Assembly: GCA_044222185.1 (NCBI GenBank)
Contig: JBGANV010000006.1
Coordinates: 250,213 to 314,212 of the forward strand
Reading direction: 5' to 3'
Length of the DNA stretch: 64,000 bases
Source: Planctomycetota bacterium
GTDB lineage: Bacteria; Planctomycetota; GCA-002687715; CAIWVZ01
This document shows, one piece after another, positions 29,105 through 38,170 of the stretch. The first letter of the stretch is position 1. Each line of letters starts with the position of its first letter. Position numbers and translations under genes: made by a program. The notes under the pieces were generated by a model. The model made no database searches. It saw only the letters and a list, made by a program, of their open reading frames with translations, and had not been told where the DNA came from.

Positions 29105-30283
29105 ATGGAACATCGATTTCGATACGGCGTCATCGGCGCTGGCATGCAGGGATGCGCAGCAGGGTACGACCTCCTCGTGAACGGGGAGGGCGTCGAGGTG
29201 TCGTTCTTCGATCGGGATCGTGCGGTTGCTGAAGCGGCGGCGCGACGCGTCAATACACTCATCGGTCAGGAACGCGCTCGCGGTTTAGCCGTCGATGGGC
29301 AGGATGAGGCGGGGCTGGCTCGCGCGTTCGCGGGGTTGAGCGGCGTGCTCTCCGCGGTGCCCTACCACCTGAATCCGACCGTGGCTCGTGCGTCCATCGC
29401 GGCTGGAGCCTGCTTCAACGATCTGGGAGGGAACACCGCCATCGTCCGCGAGGAGCTTGCTCTCGACGCGGCGGCGCGCGCGAAGGGAGTGAGCGTCGTT
29501 CCGGACTGCGGACTCGCTCCGGGGCTCGGGAACACGCTGGCGGCGTGGCTCATCGAGACGATGGACGACCCCGTTCACGTTCACATTCGCTGTGGCGGAC
29601 TGCCGCAGTCGCCCCGACCGCCACTGGGTTACAAGCTCGTCTTCAACATCGGCGGTCTGACGAACGAGTACATGGGCGAGGCCGAGTTCCTCCGTGACGG
29701 GCGACTCGTCCGCGTACCGACGCTGTCGGAAGGGGAGGTCATCTCGTTCCCGGCTCCCGTCGGTCAGGCGGAAGCCTGGGTCACCTCCGGCGGTACCTCG
29801 ACCGCACCCGCCACGTTCGCGGGCCGCCTGCAAACGTACGACTACAAGACGGTGCGGTACCCGGGGCATTTCGACCGCATCAAGACCATGGCGGATCTGG
29901 GCCTCCTGGATACGGCGCCCGTGGTGGTACGGGGGCAGCCCGTCGTTCCGCGGGAACTCTTCCACGCGGTGGCCGGATCGAAACTGTCCTTTCCCGACGA
30001 TCGCGACCTGGTCGTCATGCGCGTCACGTGCATCGGCCGGCACGCAGGTCGTGCCGTCCGTCGCACCGTCGACCTTCTCGACTTCCACGACGAGCGAACG
30101 GGATTCACGGCGATGGAGCGGACGACGGCATTTCCGGCCGCCGCAGTCCTGCACTTCCAGGTCTCGAAGCGCGTCCGGCCGGGTGCGACGACCCCCGAGC
30201 GCGACCTGCCGTTCGACGAGTACGTGGACGCCGTCCGTGCACGGGGGCTGTCCCTGGAGGAGACGGTCGTCGAGGGAGCTTGA
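29105..30283 (+). CDS. saccharopine dehydrogenase-family NAD(P) oxidoreductase (lysine 6-dehydrogenase-like)
   Basis: Rossmann N-terminus YGVIGAGMQGCAAGYDL, then PDCGLAPGLGN, GGLTNEY and TSGGTS blocks typical of the saccharopine dehydrogenase family. Confidence 0.75.
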   Translation: MEHRFRYGVIGAGMQGCAAGYDLLVNGEGVEVSFFDRDRAVAEAAARRVNTLIGQERARGLAVDGQDEAGLARAFAGLSGVLSAVPYHLNPTVARASIAAGACFNDLGGNTAIVREELALDAAARAKGVSVVPDCGLAPGLGNTLAAWLIETMDDPVHVHIRCGGLPQSPRPPLGYKLVFNIGGLTNEYMGEAEFLRDGRLVRVPTLSEGEVISFPAPVGQAEAWVTSGGTSTAPATFAGRLQTYDYKTVRYPGHFDRIKTMADLGLLDTAPVVVRGQPVVPRELFHAVAGSKLSFPDDRDLVVMRVTCIGRHAGRAVRRTVDLLDFHDERTGFTAMERTTAFPAAAVLHFQVSKRVRPGATTPERDLPFDEYVDAVRARGLSLEETVVEGA

Positions 30284-30289
30284 CCGCCG

Positions 30290-31696
30290 TCAGGGCGTCG
30301 CGAGGGCGGCTGCGATCGCGCGCGTGAACGACGCCAACGACGGATCCCGCGCCCCCATGACGAGCACGCAATCGCCCGGACGTGCGTCCCGGCGCAGGAT
30401 CGGCAGCCAGTCCTCGCGCCGCGCGAGGTAGCTGGCGTTGGCGCCGAGGCGAGTGACGTCGTCACACAGGTCCCGCGAAGAGATGTCCTTCGTCGCCGTG
30501 CCGCCGGCGTAGAAGATCTCCCCGAGGAACACGTGGTCCGCCGCGCGCAGCCCCGTGGCGAACGCCTGCACGAGGTCGCGTCGCATGAAACGCGTGGGCC
30601 CGAAGCCGTGCGGCTGGAAGAACGCCAGCACGCGCTCGGACCGCAGCTGCGCCGTGGCGATGGCCGCTGCGACCTTCGCCGGGTTGTGCGCGAAATCATC
30701 GATCACGTCGATTCCACGCGGCCGGCCCACGACTTCGAATCGTCGCGCCACGCCGCGGAAGGTTGCAAGCGTCGACGCACAGGCGGGCAGGTCGGCGCCG
30801 ACGGCATGGCAGGCGGCCAGCGCGGCCAGCGCGTTGAGGACGTTGTGTCGGCCCGGGATCGGCAACCTCACGTCCAGCCCCCGAACGACGAACCGGCATT
30901 CGTCCTGGCGCAGATCCAGCCGCGTCGCCTGCCACTCGCAGCGTTCGCCGAAGCCGAACGTCACGGCGTCGGGACGTAGCTCATCCAGGTTCTGGTCCTC
31001 GCCGAGGACGCACGCTTCGCTGATCTGGCGCCGGAATCGGTGGAACACGGGCGCGATCGCCTCGGGTTCGTCGTGATCCCGCTGGAGGTTCAGGATCACC
31101 CCCACGGCCGGCCAGTAGTGGATCAGGCTCTTGTCGCTCTCATCCGCTTCGATCACGAGCGGCCCGCGTCCGGGCCAGCAGTTCCCGCGGTGGCCGCCGT
31201 CCTGGAGCGCCCGAAGCTCGCCGCCGGTGATCACGGCCGGATCCAGGCCGGCGCCCCGCAGCGCCTCGAAGATCATGGCGGTGACCGTGGACTTCCCGCT
31301 CGTGCCCGTCACGGCGATGGTCCGTCGCGCGCGCACGTGACCGGCGAGGAGTTCGGAACGGTGCGCGATCGGGACTCCTCGATCGATGGCGCGCGCGACG
31401 TCGGCGATCGTGGGCTCGACCGCGGTGGACACGACCACCAGATCGGCGCCATCGACGCCCGAGCCATCCTGCGGGTGGATCCGGACCCCGAGGGACTCAC
31501 ACCGCAGCTGCTCGTCGCTGCCCGAGGATCGATCGAAGCTGCGGTCGCTGCCGGACGTGGCGCCCCCGGTCATGGCGCGGAGATGCGCGAGCGCGCTCAT
31601 GCCGGCGCCGCCGACCCCGACGAAGTGAACCCGAAGAGTCGGCTCGCGAAGCACGCGATCGACGAGGAGGGTGCTGGCCTGGATCGGGTCCGACAT
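30290..31696 (-). CDS. murC: Mur ligase, MurC-like (UDP-N-acetylmuramate--L-alanine ligase family)
   Basis: In-frame ATG at 31696 (MSDPIQ...). Motifs: VHFVGVGGAGMSALAHL, AVTGTSGKSTVTAM (P-loop), IEADESDKSL, GRHNVLNALAA, FRGVARRFEVVG, DDFAHNPAKV. It is only the C-terminal 468 codons of the listed 874-aa ORF. Confidence 0.8.
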   Translation of the reverse strand: MSDPIQASTLLVDRVLREPTLRVHFVGVGGAGMSALAHLRAMTGGATSGSDRSFDRSSGSDEQLRCESLGVRIHPQDGSGVDGADLVVVSTAVEPTIADVARAIDRGVPIAHRSELLAGHVRARRTIAVTGTSGKSTVTAMIFEALRGAGLDPAVITGGELRALQDGGHRGNCWPGRGPLVIEADESDKSLIHYWPAVGVILNLQRDHDEPEAIAPVFHRFRRQISEACVLGEDQNLDELRPDAVTFGFGERCEWQATRLDLRQDECRFVVRGLDVRLPIPGRHNVLNALAALAACHAVGADLPACASTLATFRGVARRFEVVGRPRGIDVIDDFAHNPAKVAAAIATAQLRSERVLAFFQPHGFGPTRFMRRDLVQAFATGLRAADHVFLGEIFYAGGTATKDISSRDLCDDVTRLGANASYLARREDWLPILRRDARPGDCVLVMGARDPSLASFTRAIAAALATP

Positions 31697-32032
31697 GGGC
31701 CGTCCATTGTTGCGGATGTACGTTCCGACCCCAACGATGGGTGGCTGTTGTATCCGCGTGACTGAGACCGAGGGTGATTCGACGGAGCGAGGCTCTGCGG
31801 CAATCGCACCCTTGATCGCGTGACGGCGGCGAGCGACGATGCGCCCCCACGTTTTCGTGAGATCACCCATTTCGTGACGTCTTCGCTGCGCATTCTGGTC
31901 CCCCTTCCCGAGTGCAAGGCGCCCGGCGGTCGTGACGGCTGCACGCTGCAAACGCGCCGCGGTGCACTGCGCAGCCGACATGCCCGGGTTGCCGTGCATC
32001 GATCCAAGGCCGTTTCTGCGTTTCGGGCCGCG

Positions 32033-32665
32033 ATGAACGGGCCCCAGGCACTGAAGGTCCTCTGTTTGTCGGGCGCCCCGTTCCAGGCCGCGCTCCGCAT
32101 CAATCGGGACTTCGACCGCTGCAACCTCGCGACGGCGCTCGAACGGAACTCCGCGTCGTTCTGCGACGTTCTCGCCGTCGACACCTTGGCGGCGGAGGCG
32201 CGGCGGCGCCTCGAGCGCCAGCTCCTGTTCATCTGTCCGCTCCTCGGGCTCGTCGGTCCGTCCGACCTCGTTCCCGATTACCGCTGCCCGATCGGGGCGC
32301 GCCTCCCGGGCGTGGGGTCGCTGCACAAGTTCTGGAAACAGCCGATGACGGAGACGCTCAATCGGCTGTGTCGCGACCGCATCGTGGTCTCGTTCCTCCC
32401 GGCCCGCCTGCGCGCGCTGTGGGAGCCCGATGGCCGGTGCCTCCAGATCGTCACCATGCGCTTCTACCGCCACGACTCCGAGAACGTCGTCGGCGAGACC
32501 GCGGCCGTGCCGCGGCTGACGGCGGAGGCGGTGAAGTTCATCACCGAGCAGGACGCGCGGACCATCGCCGACCTGACACGCTTCCATTCGTCGGATGGCC
32601 ACTCCTACTGCGCCGCGCACAGCGAGACGTCGGACGAGGTCCGGCATCTGAGCTTCGTACGATGA
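32033..32665 (+). CDS. YaaA-like (DUF328/UPF0246) protein
   Basis: LFICPLLGLVGPSDLVPDYRCPIGARLPGVGSLHKFWKQPMTETLNRL matches the conserved core of YaaA-family proteins (SGLYGLLRP.D.I.PYRLEM......L..FW). Start uncertain; I used ATG 32033. Confidence 0.6.
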   Translation: MNGPQALKVLCLSGAPFQAALRINRDFDRCNLATALERNSASFCDVLAVDTLAAEARRRLERQLLFICPLLGLVGPSDLVPDYRCPIGARLPGVGSLHKFWKQPMTETLNRLCRDRIVVSFLPARLRALWEPDGRCLQIVTMRFYRHDSENVVGETAAVPRLTAEAVKFITEQDARTIADLTRFHSSDGHSYCAAHSETSDEVRHLSFVR

Positions 32666-32669
32666 CCTG

Positions 32670-33314
32670 ATGGCTGTCGACGTCCTCTTCGAAGACGACG
32701 CGCTCGTCGTGATCAGCAAGCCGTCCGGCATGCTGTCGGTCCCCTCGCCGGGCGCTACGGGAACCACCGTGACGCAAGCCCTCGCGTCATTGGGAATCCG
32801 CGCCCGGCCGGTCCATCGCCTCGATCGCGACGTCTCCGGTGCCATGCTGCTCGCCAAGACCGATGCCGTCGGTGCCCGTCTGGAGGAGGCGTTTCGCGCG
32901 CGCGCCGTGACCAAGACTTACTGGGCCCTCGTGCAGGGGCGGTTGCGCCCCCCCGGCGGGACGTTCAATTACCCGATCCTGGACGAGGGATCCCACGCGC
33001 GCGTGTCACCGCGCGGGAAACCGGCGACGACACGCTTCCGCGTCGTTCACACCTATCGCACGACGACGGAGGTCGAGATCGACCTGCTCACGGGCCGCTA
33101 CAACCAGATCCGTCTTCATTTCGCTCACGCCGGGTTCCCGTTGGTAGGCGAGCGAAAGTATGCGTTCGGGCGCGGCGCACCGCTGAAGTTCAAGCGGGTG
33201 GCGCTCCACTCGATCGGCCTCGAATTCACGCATCCGCTGACGGGCGCGAAGATGTCGTTTGCGGCACCTCTCCCGGCGGATCTGGCCGAGCTGCGCGAGC
33301 GCGCAGCACTCTGA
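32670..33314 (+). CDS. RluA-family pseudouridine synthase (no S4 domain)
   Basis: VISKPSGMLS, HRLDRDVSGAMLLAK (catalytic Asp motif), KTYWALVQG, TGRYNQIRLHFA and LHS motifs. Confidence 0.9.
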   Translation: MAVDVLFEDDALVVISKPSGMLSVPSPGATGTTVTQALASLGIRARPVHRLDRDVSGAMLLAKTDAVGARLEEAFRARAVTKTYWALVQGRLRPPGGTFNYPILDEGSHARVSPRGKPATTRFRVVHTYRTTTEVEIDLLTGRYNQIRLHFAHAGFPLVGERKYAFGRGAPLKFKRVALHSIGLEFTHPLTGAKMSFAAPLPADLAELRERAAL

Positions 33315-33328
33315 AGGATCTGGCCGGG

Positions 33329-35590
33329 CTACCGGGCCCCGCGACGGAACTGGCGATATCCGACGGTGCGCGGCGCGGGTGATTCGCTCCTGGCCGGCTT
33401 CTTCCCCACGCTCGACGCAGGCTTGGACATCTCGTCTTCCGCAGGCAGCGTCTGCTCGCGGTCGCGGTATCCCGTGAACGCATCCCAGTCCGCGGTGCGG
33501 CCCGCCGGCCCCGCCGCAGGCGCGCGTCCGAGGGACTCGCCACGTTGCGCGCGGTCCTGTGGACGCTGACCCTTCTCGTGCGTGAACTTTCCGAAGTCGG
33601 AGTTGGCCCGCGCCCGGCGGGCCTGTACGGCCTCGGCCGGTGCAGTGGCCGGAATGAGCGCGTCGCACCCGTTCCCGATCAAGTCGGGGCGCCCCGCGAG
33701 CTCCAGCGCCTGGCGAACCTCGAAGTAATTCTCCGGCTTGAAGAACTGCATGAGCGCGCGCTGCATGCGGCGATCGCGCAAGTTGCGCGCGACTGCCACG
33801 GGCTCGAGCGTGTGCGGATCGAGGCCCGTGTAGTACATGGCCGTCGCCAGGTCCATGGGAGATGGGATGAAGTCCTGGACCTGGCGTGGCCGGTAGCCGT
33901 TGCGTTTGAGGAATACGGCCAGCTCGATCATCGCGGCGAGGTCCGAGCCCGGGTGGCTCGCGATGAAATAGGGGACGAGATACTGCTCGCGGCCCGCGCG
34001 GGCGCTCGCCGCCTCGAAGGCCTCGGAGAACGCTTCGAAGTCCGACTGCGCCGGCTTCTTCATCCGCTTCAGCACTTCCGCGGAGACGTGCTCCGGCGCG
34101 ACCTTCAGATGTCCGCCGACGTGGTGGCGGACGAGCTCGTCGAGGTACTCGGGAGAGCGTCGCGCGAGGTCCATCCGGACTCCGCTGGCGATGTTCACCT
34201 TCTTCACGCCGGCTGCATTGCGGGCGCGGCGCATGAGGTCGATCAGTGGCCCGTGATCCGTGCCGAGCAGCTTGCAGACCGTCGGGTAGACGCAGGACAG
34301 GCGCCGGCATTTCGCCTCGACCTCCGGCCTGGTGCAGCGGAGCTTGTACATGTTCGCCGTCGGGCCGCCGAGGTCCGAGACGACGCCGGTGTATCCGGGT
34401 TCGCCGTCCAGGGACTCGATCTCCCGAATGATCGAATCCTCCGAGCGCCACTGGATCGTCCGTCCCTGATGGGTCGTGATCGAGCAGAAGGTGCAGCCAG
34501 CGAAACACCCTCGCATGATCGTCACGCTGCTGCGCATCATCTCCTCGGCGGGGATCGGCTTCGGATAGCCGGGATGAGCGCGGCGCACGTAGGGCAGGTC
34601 GTAGATCCGGTCCATCTCCGGTACCGAGAGTGGAAGCACCGGAGGGTTCTGCACGACCCGACGGTCACCGTGCCTCTGCACGATGCGGCGGGCGTTGAAC
34701 GGGTTCGATTCGACGTGCATCGCCATCGTCGCCTTCGCGAACGTGGTCTTGTCCGCCTTCATCTCCTCGAAAGACGGGATCTCCCGCGTGTCGTCGGGCG
34801 GCGTCCCGGAGGCACGCATGCCGCGGGTGAACGGCGGAACGGTCTCGGATCTGCCGAGCAGGTAGGCGACGCCGCGCATGTCCCGGAGGTCCTTCGCCGT
34901 TTCGCCGGACGCGAGTCGCAGCGCGATCTCGACGATCGGCTTCTCACCCATGCCGAAGACGAGGAGGTCGGCCTTGCTGGACACCAGGATCGACGGACGG
35001 ACCGTGTCGCTCCAGTAGTCGTAGTGAGCGAATCGGCGGAGCGAGGCCTCGACGCCGCCGACGACGACGGGGACGTCGGGGAAGGCCTCGCCGCATCGCT
35101 GCGCGTACACCGCGGTGGCACGGTCTGGGCGTTTCCCTGCCTCACCGCCTGGCGAGTACGCGTCGTCCGAACGCGGGCGCCGATTGGCGGTGTAGTGGTT
35201 GATCATCGAGTCCATGTTCCCGGCGGAAACTCCGAAGAAGAGCCGTGGACGTCCGAACGCGCGGAATGCGTCGGCACTCCTCCAGTCGGGCTGGGAGAGG
35301 ATTGCGACGCGGAATCCGTGCGACTCGAGGACCCGCCCCAGGATCGCCATGGCGAACGATGGGTGGTCGATGTACGCGTCCCCGGTGACGATCAGCACGT
35401 CGATTGCATCCCATCCGCGAGCCTCGACTTCGCGAGGAGTCATGGGAAGGAACCGAGCGAGCGGATCAGACTCGACGGACGGTGAGTTGCGCTTTCGTGA
35501 GGACACGAGGCCGCGATCGTAACAGGCGACGGTGGGCCGTGCGGCACGACGAACAGGGTTGACGCCACCCGGACTCGATGCATCATTCAA
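33329..35590 (-). CDS. ygiQ: YgiQ-family radical SAM protein (UPF0313)
   Basis: FLPMTPREVEARGWDAIDVLIVTGDAYIDHPSFAMAILGRVLE, SAGNMDSMINHYT and RGCFAGCTFCSIT (radical-SAM Cys cluster variant typical of YgiQ); about 750 aa. Start uncertain: the listed start is TTG 35590, and an ATG at 35443 would remove the conserved FLP residues. Confidence 0.9.
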   Translation of the reverse strand: MNDASSPGGVNPVRRAARPTVACYDRGLVSSRKRNSPSVESDPLARFLPMTPREVEARGWDAIDVLIVTGDAYIDHPSFAMAILGRVLESHGFRVAILSQPDWRSADAFRAFGRPRLFFGVSAGNMDSMINHYTANRRPRSDDAYSPGGEAGKRPDRATAVYAQRCGEAFPDVPVVVGGVEASLRRFAHYDYWSDTVRPSILVSSKADLLVFGMGEKPIVEIALRLASGETAKDLRDMRGVAYLLGRSETVPPFTRGMRASGTPPDDTREIPSFEEMKADKTTFAKATMAMHVESNPFNARRIVQRHGDRRVVQNPPVLPLSVPEMDRIYDLPYVRRAHPGYPKPIPAEEMMRSSVTIMRGCFAGCTFCSITTHQGRTIQWRSEDSIIREIESLDGEPGYTGVVSDLGGPTANMYKLRCTRPEVEAKCRRLSCVYPTVCKLLGTDHGPLIDLMRRARNAAGVKKVNIASGVRMDLARRSPEYLDELVRHHVGGHLKVAPEHVSAEVLKRMKKPAQSDFEAFSEAFEAASARAGREQYLVPYFIASHPGSDLAAMIELAVFLKRNGYRPRQVQDFIPSPMDLATAMYYTGLDPHTLEPVAVARNLRDRRMQRALMQFFKPENYFEVRQALELAGRPDLIGNGCDALIPATAPAEAVQARRARANSDFGKFTHEKGQRPQDRAQRGESLGRAPAAGPAGRTADWDAFTGYRDREQTLPAEDEMSKPASSVGKKPARSESPAPRTVGYRQFRRGAR

Positions 35591-35591
35591 T

Positions 35592-35601
35592 CAAACGTTT
35601 G
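35592..35601. promoter_or_regulatory. perfect 10-bp palindrome CAAACGTTTG in an AT-rich pocket: candidate TetR operator
   Basis: Read directly: attcaatCAAACGTTTGtttgaaatg. TCAAAC-gttt-GTTTGA is an alternative register. It is the only clearly AT-rich stretch for kilobases and sits at the 5' end of the TetR gene, in the divergent ygiQ/tetR junction. Confidence 0.55.
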
Positions 35602-35607
35602 TTTGAA

Positions 35608-36321
35608 ATGAAGACCCAGAGCGACATGGCGAAGGCGCGGCGGCGGGCGCCGGGGCCCAGGAAGAACAGGATCGCGCCCGGCCCGGCCGGCGGCGAGGAG
35701 ACGCGCATGCGGCTGCTCAGCTCCGGCGGGGAGCTGTTCGCGGCCCGCGGATTCGACGGCGTGTCCGTTCGCGAGATCTGCTCGCGAGCGAAAGCCAACG
35801 TCGCGGCGGTCGCCTACCACTTCGGAAACAAGGAGGGACTGTACGCCGAGGCACTCCGCCACGGAGCCGGACTGGTCCTGTCCCGAATCCGATCGGGGAC
35901 GCGATCGGTGGAGCCTGATCCGGTGCGCCGCCTGGAGCGTCACGTGACCGTCCTCGCGAACGCGCTGCTCTCGCCGGACAACCCGGCCTGGACGACGCGC
36001 CTCATGATGCGCGAGCTCGCGAGCCCGACGATGGCGCTCGGACGGATCGTCGACGAGGTCGCCCGCCCGAACTTCGACGCCGTTCGACATTGCATCGCCC
36101 AACTGCTCCACCGCTCGCCGGAGTCGAGGACGGTGGCCCTGCACACGTTCAGCGTCATCGGGCAGTGCCTGCACTACCGGCACACGGCTCCGGTGACCTT
36201 GGCGCTGCTCGGGTGGAAGTCCTACCCGACGGGCTTCGCCGACCAGGTCGCGGCCCACGTCGTGTCCGTCACGCTACGTGCCCTCGGATACGCGCCGTCC
36301 GGCGGTGAGGAGGCCTCGTGA
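35608..36321 (+). CDS. TetR/AcrR-family transcriptional regulator
   Basis: HTH block LLSSGGELFAARGFDGVSVREICSRAKANVAAVAYHFGNKEGLY. Candidate ATG starts at 35578, 35608 and 35626 (35608 chosen). The stop overlaps the next gene's GTG start by 4 nt. Confidence 0.85.
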   Translation: MKTQSDMAKARRRAPGPRKNRIAPGPAGGEETRMRLLSSGGELFAARGFDGVSVREICSRAKANVAAVAYHFGNKEGLYAEALRHGAGLVLSRIRSGTRSVEPDPVRRLERHVTVLANALLSPDNPAWTTRLMMRELASPTMALGRIVDEVARPNFDAVRHCIAQLLHRSPESRTVALHTFSVIGQCLHYRHTAPVTLALLGWKSYPTGFADQVAAHVVSVTLRALGYAPSGGEEAS

Positions 36322-37442
36322 TCGGTATCGCCCTGAAGATGCTCGCGCGCGATCGGACGAAGTTCTTCTCGATCGTGATCGGTCTGTCCTTCTCCGTCAT
36401 GCTGATCGTCGAGCAGGGCTCGATCTTCACGGGCATCCTCCGTCGGACGGGTGCCGTGATGATCGACACCTCGGGTATCGACCTGTGGGTCTACGATCGC
36501 CGCGTGCGGAACCACGACGACCTGCGGGCTCTGAAGGACACCGAGCTCTACCGCGTCCGATCGGTGCCCGGCGTCGAGTGGGCCGTGCGCTACTTCAAGG
36601 GCCAGGCCCGCGCCAAGCGATTGAACGGTGATTACGAGAACGTCATGGTCCTCGGGCTGGACGACGCCACGCTCGTCGGCGCGCCGGTGACGATGATCGA
36701 GGGACGGATCTCGGACCTCTCACGGCGCGACTCGGTGATCCTGGACGTTGCCGGCGCGAAGAAGATGGGTGGCGTCACCGTCGGCGAGGAACTCCAGTTC
36801 AACGATCACCGCGCGGTCGTCGTGGGACTGTGCGAGGTCACGCGGAACTTCCAGTCGCTTCCCGTCGTCTACACGCGCTACACGCAGGCGGTCGGTTTCG
36901 TGCCGTCCGAGCGGAGCACCCTGTCTGCGATCCTCGCGAAGGTGACGGCCGGGTCGGATCTTCCCACGATCCAACGGGCCATCACGCAGGAGACGGATCT
37001 CGCCGCCGACACGCCCAAGGAGTTCCGCTGGAAGACCGTGCTGTACGTCCTGAAGAACACGGGAATCGCCATCAACTTCGGGGTGACCGTGCTGCTCGGC
37101 CTGGTGGTCGGCGCGGCGATTTCGGGGCAGACCTTCTACACGTTCGCCGTCGACAACCTGAAGCAGTTCGGTGCGCTGAAAGCCATGGGTGCCTCCGACA
37201 TCACCCTCGCCGGAATGATCTTCGTCCAGGCGTTCACCGTCGCCGGGCTCGGATACGGGATCGGGGTAGGCATCGCGTCGTTCTTCACCCGCCTGGCTGG
37301 TCCGAACGGTCAACTGCCGAGCTTCATGACGCCGCACCTGCTGGGGATCGCCGCCGTGGCGGTCTTCGTCCTCTGCCTGGTCGCCGGCCTCATCGCGTTG
37401 CGCAAGGTGAGACAGGTCGAACCGGCGATCGTCTTCCGGTGA
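36318..37442 (+). CDS. ABC transporter permease, FtsX/MacB-like (DevC-like)
   Basis: N-terminal TM, a large extracytoplasmic domain, and a C-terminal FtsX-type bundle with FGALKAMGASDITLAGMIFVQA. Confidence 0.8.
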   Translation: MIGIALKMLARDRTKFFSIVIGLSFSVMLIVEQGSIFTGILRRTGAVMIDTSGIDLWVYDRRVRNHDDLRALKDTELYRVRSVPGVEWAVRYFKGQARAKRLNGDYENVMVLGLDDATLVGAPVTMIEGRISDLSRRDSVILDVAGAKKMGGVTVGEELQFNDHRAVVVGLCEVTRNFQSLPVVYTRYTQAVGFVPSERSTLSAILAKVTAGSDLPTIQRAITQETDLAADTPKEFRWKTVLYVLKNTGIAINFGVTVLLGLVVGAAISGQTFYTFAVDNLKQFGALKAMGASDITLAGMIFVQAFTVAGLGYGIGVGIASFFTRLAGPNGQLPSFMTPHLLGIAAVAVFVLCLVAGLIALRKVRQVEPAIVFR

Positions 37443-37447
37443 TCCCC

Positions 37448-38170
37448 ATGGCTTCCTCGGACGTGATGACCTCGGTCGTTCGACTGCGCGGCGTCTCGAA
37501 GACGTTCGGCGAGGGCGGAGCGTCCGTGCGGGCACTCCGCGGCGTCGACCTGGAGATCCCGGGAGGCAACCTCTTCATGGTCGTCGGGCCGTCCGGCTGC
37601 GGGAAGACGACTCTCGTTTCGGTGATCGCTGGCACTCTGGATGCGGACGAAGGCGAGGTCGAGGTCCTGGGCGAGCGCCTGGATGGCATGTCGCGCGGGG
37701 AGAAGACGCGGTTTCGGCGGAGGAACGTGGGGTTCATCTTCCAGCAGTACAACCTCCTGCCGGGGCTGACGGCCGCGGAAAATGCAGCGGTGCCGTTGAT
37801 GCTCAACGGAGTCGGCAAGGCGGCCGCGTTGAAGGGCGCCCGAGCCATGCTCGACCGCATGGGAATCGGCGACAAGGCCGACGTGTTGCCGAGGTTCCTC
37901 TCTGGCGGCCAGCAACAGCGCATCGCGATCGCGCGCTCGCTCGTTCACGAGCCGAGGCTTCTCGTCTGCGACGAGCCCACGGCGGCGTTGGACGGGGAGA
38001 CGGGCCGCACGGTGATGGAGATCGTTCGCGACCAGGCCGTGAAGCCGGGGCGCGCCGTCATCATGGTGACGCACGACAGCCGGATGTTCGGATACGGGGA
38101 CCGCTTCGCCATGATGCTCGACGGGACCGTGAGTCGCGTCGTGACCGACGTTCGGGAGGTGCACGCATGA
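37448..38170 (+). CDS. ABC transporter ATP-binding protein (MacB/LolD/DevA-like)
   Basis: In-frame ATG at 37448. Walker A GPSGCGKTT, Q-loop FIFQQYNLL, signature LSGGQQQRIAIAR, Walker B LLVCDEPTAALD, H-loop VTHD. Confidence 0.9.
   Translation: MASSDVMTSVVRLRGVSKTFGEGGASVRALRGVDLEIPGGNLFMVVGPSGCGKTTLVSVIAGTLDADEGEVEVLGERLDGMSRGEKTRFRRRNVGFIFQQYNLLPGLTAAENAAVPLMLNGVGKAAALKGARAMLDRMGIGDKADVLPRFLSGGQQQRIAIARSLVHEPRLLVCDEPTAALDGETGRTVMEIVRDQAVKPGRAVIMVTHDSRMFGYGDRFAMMLDGTVSRVVTDVREVHA

Noticed and set aside
30290-32914. 874-aa ORF listed as a single minus-strand protein
   Set aside because: Only the C-terminal 468 codons (from ATG 31696) have Mur-ligase motifs. The N-terminal part is Arg/Ala/Pro-rich low-complexity sequence that overlaps, on the opposite strand, the well-supported yaaA-like and rluA-type genes. 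It is a GC-driven open frame, not a fusion.
33006-35485. Alternative-frame ORFs 33006..34508 (-) and 33545..35485 (+) over ygiQ
   Set aside because: The YgiQ frame (33329..35590) carries the conserved radical-SAM and N-terminal blocks along its whole length. The others are Arg/Pro-rich shadows.
36830-38170. 446-aa ORF for the ABC ATPase
   Set aside because: The first 206 codons overlap the FtsX-type permease in another frame and are Arg/Gly-rich. The ABC motifs begin right after the in-frame ATG at 37448, which follows the permease stop by 5 nt, so the start was re-assigned.
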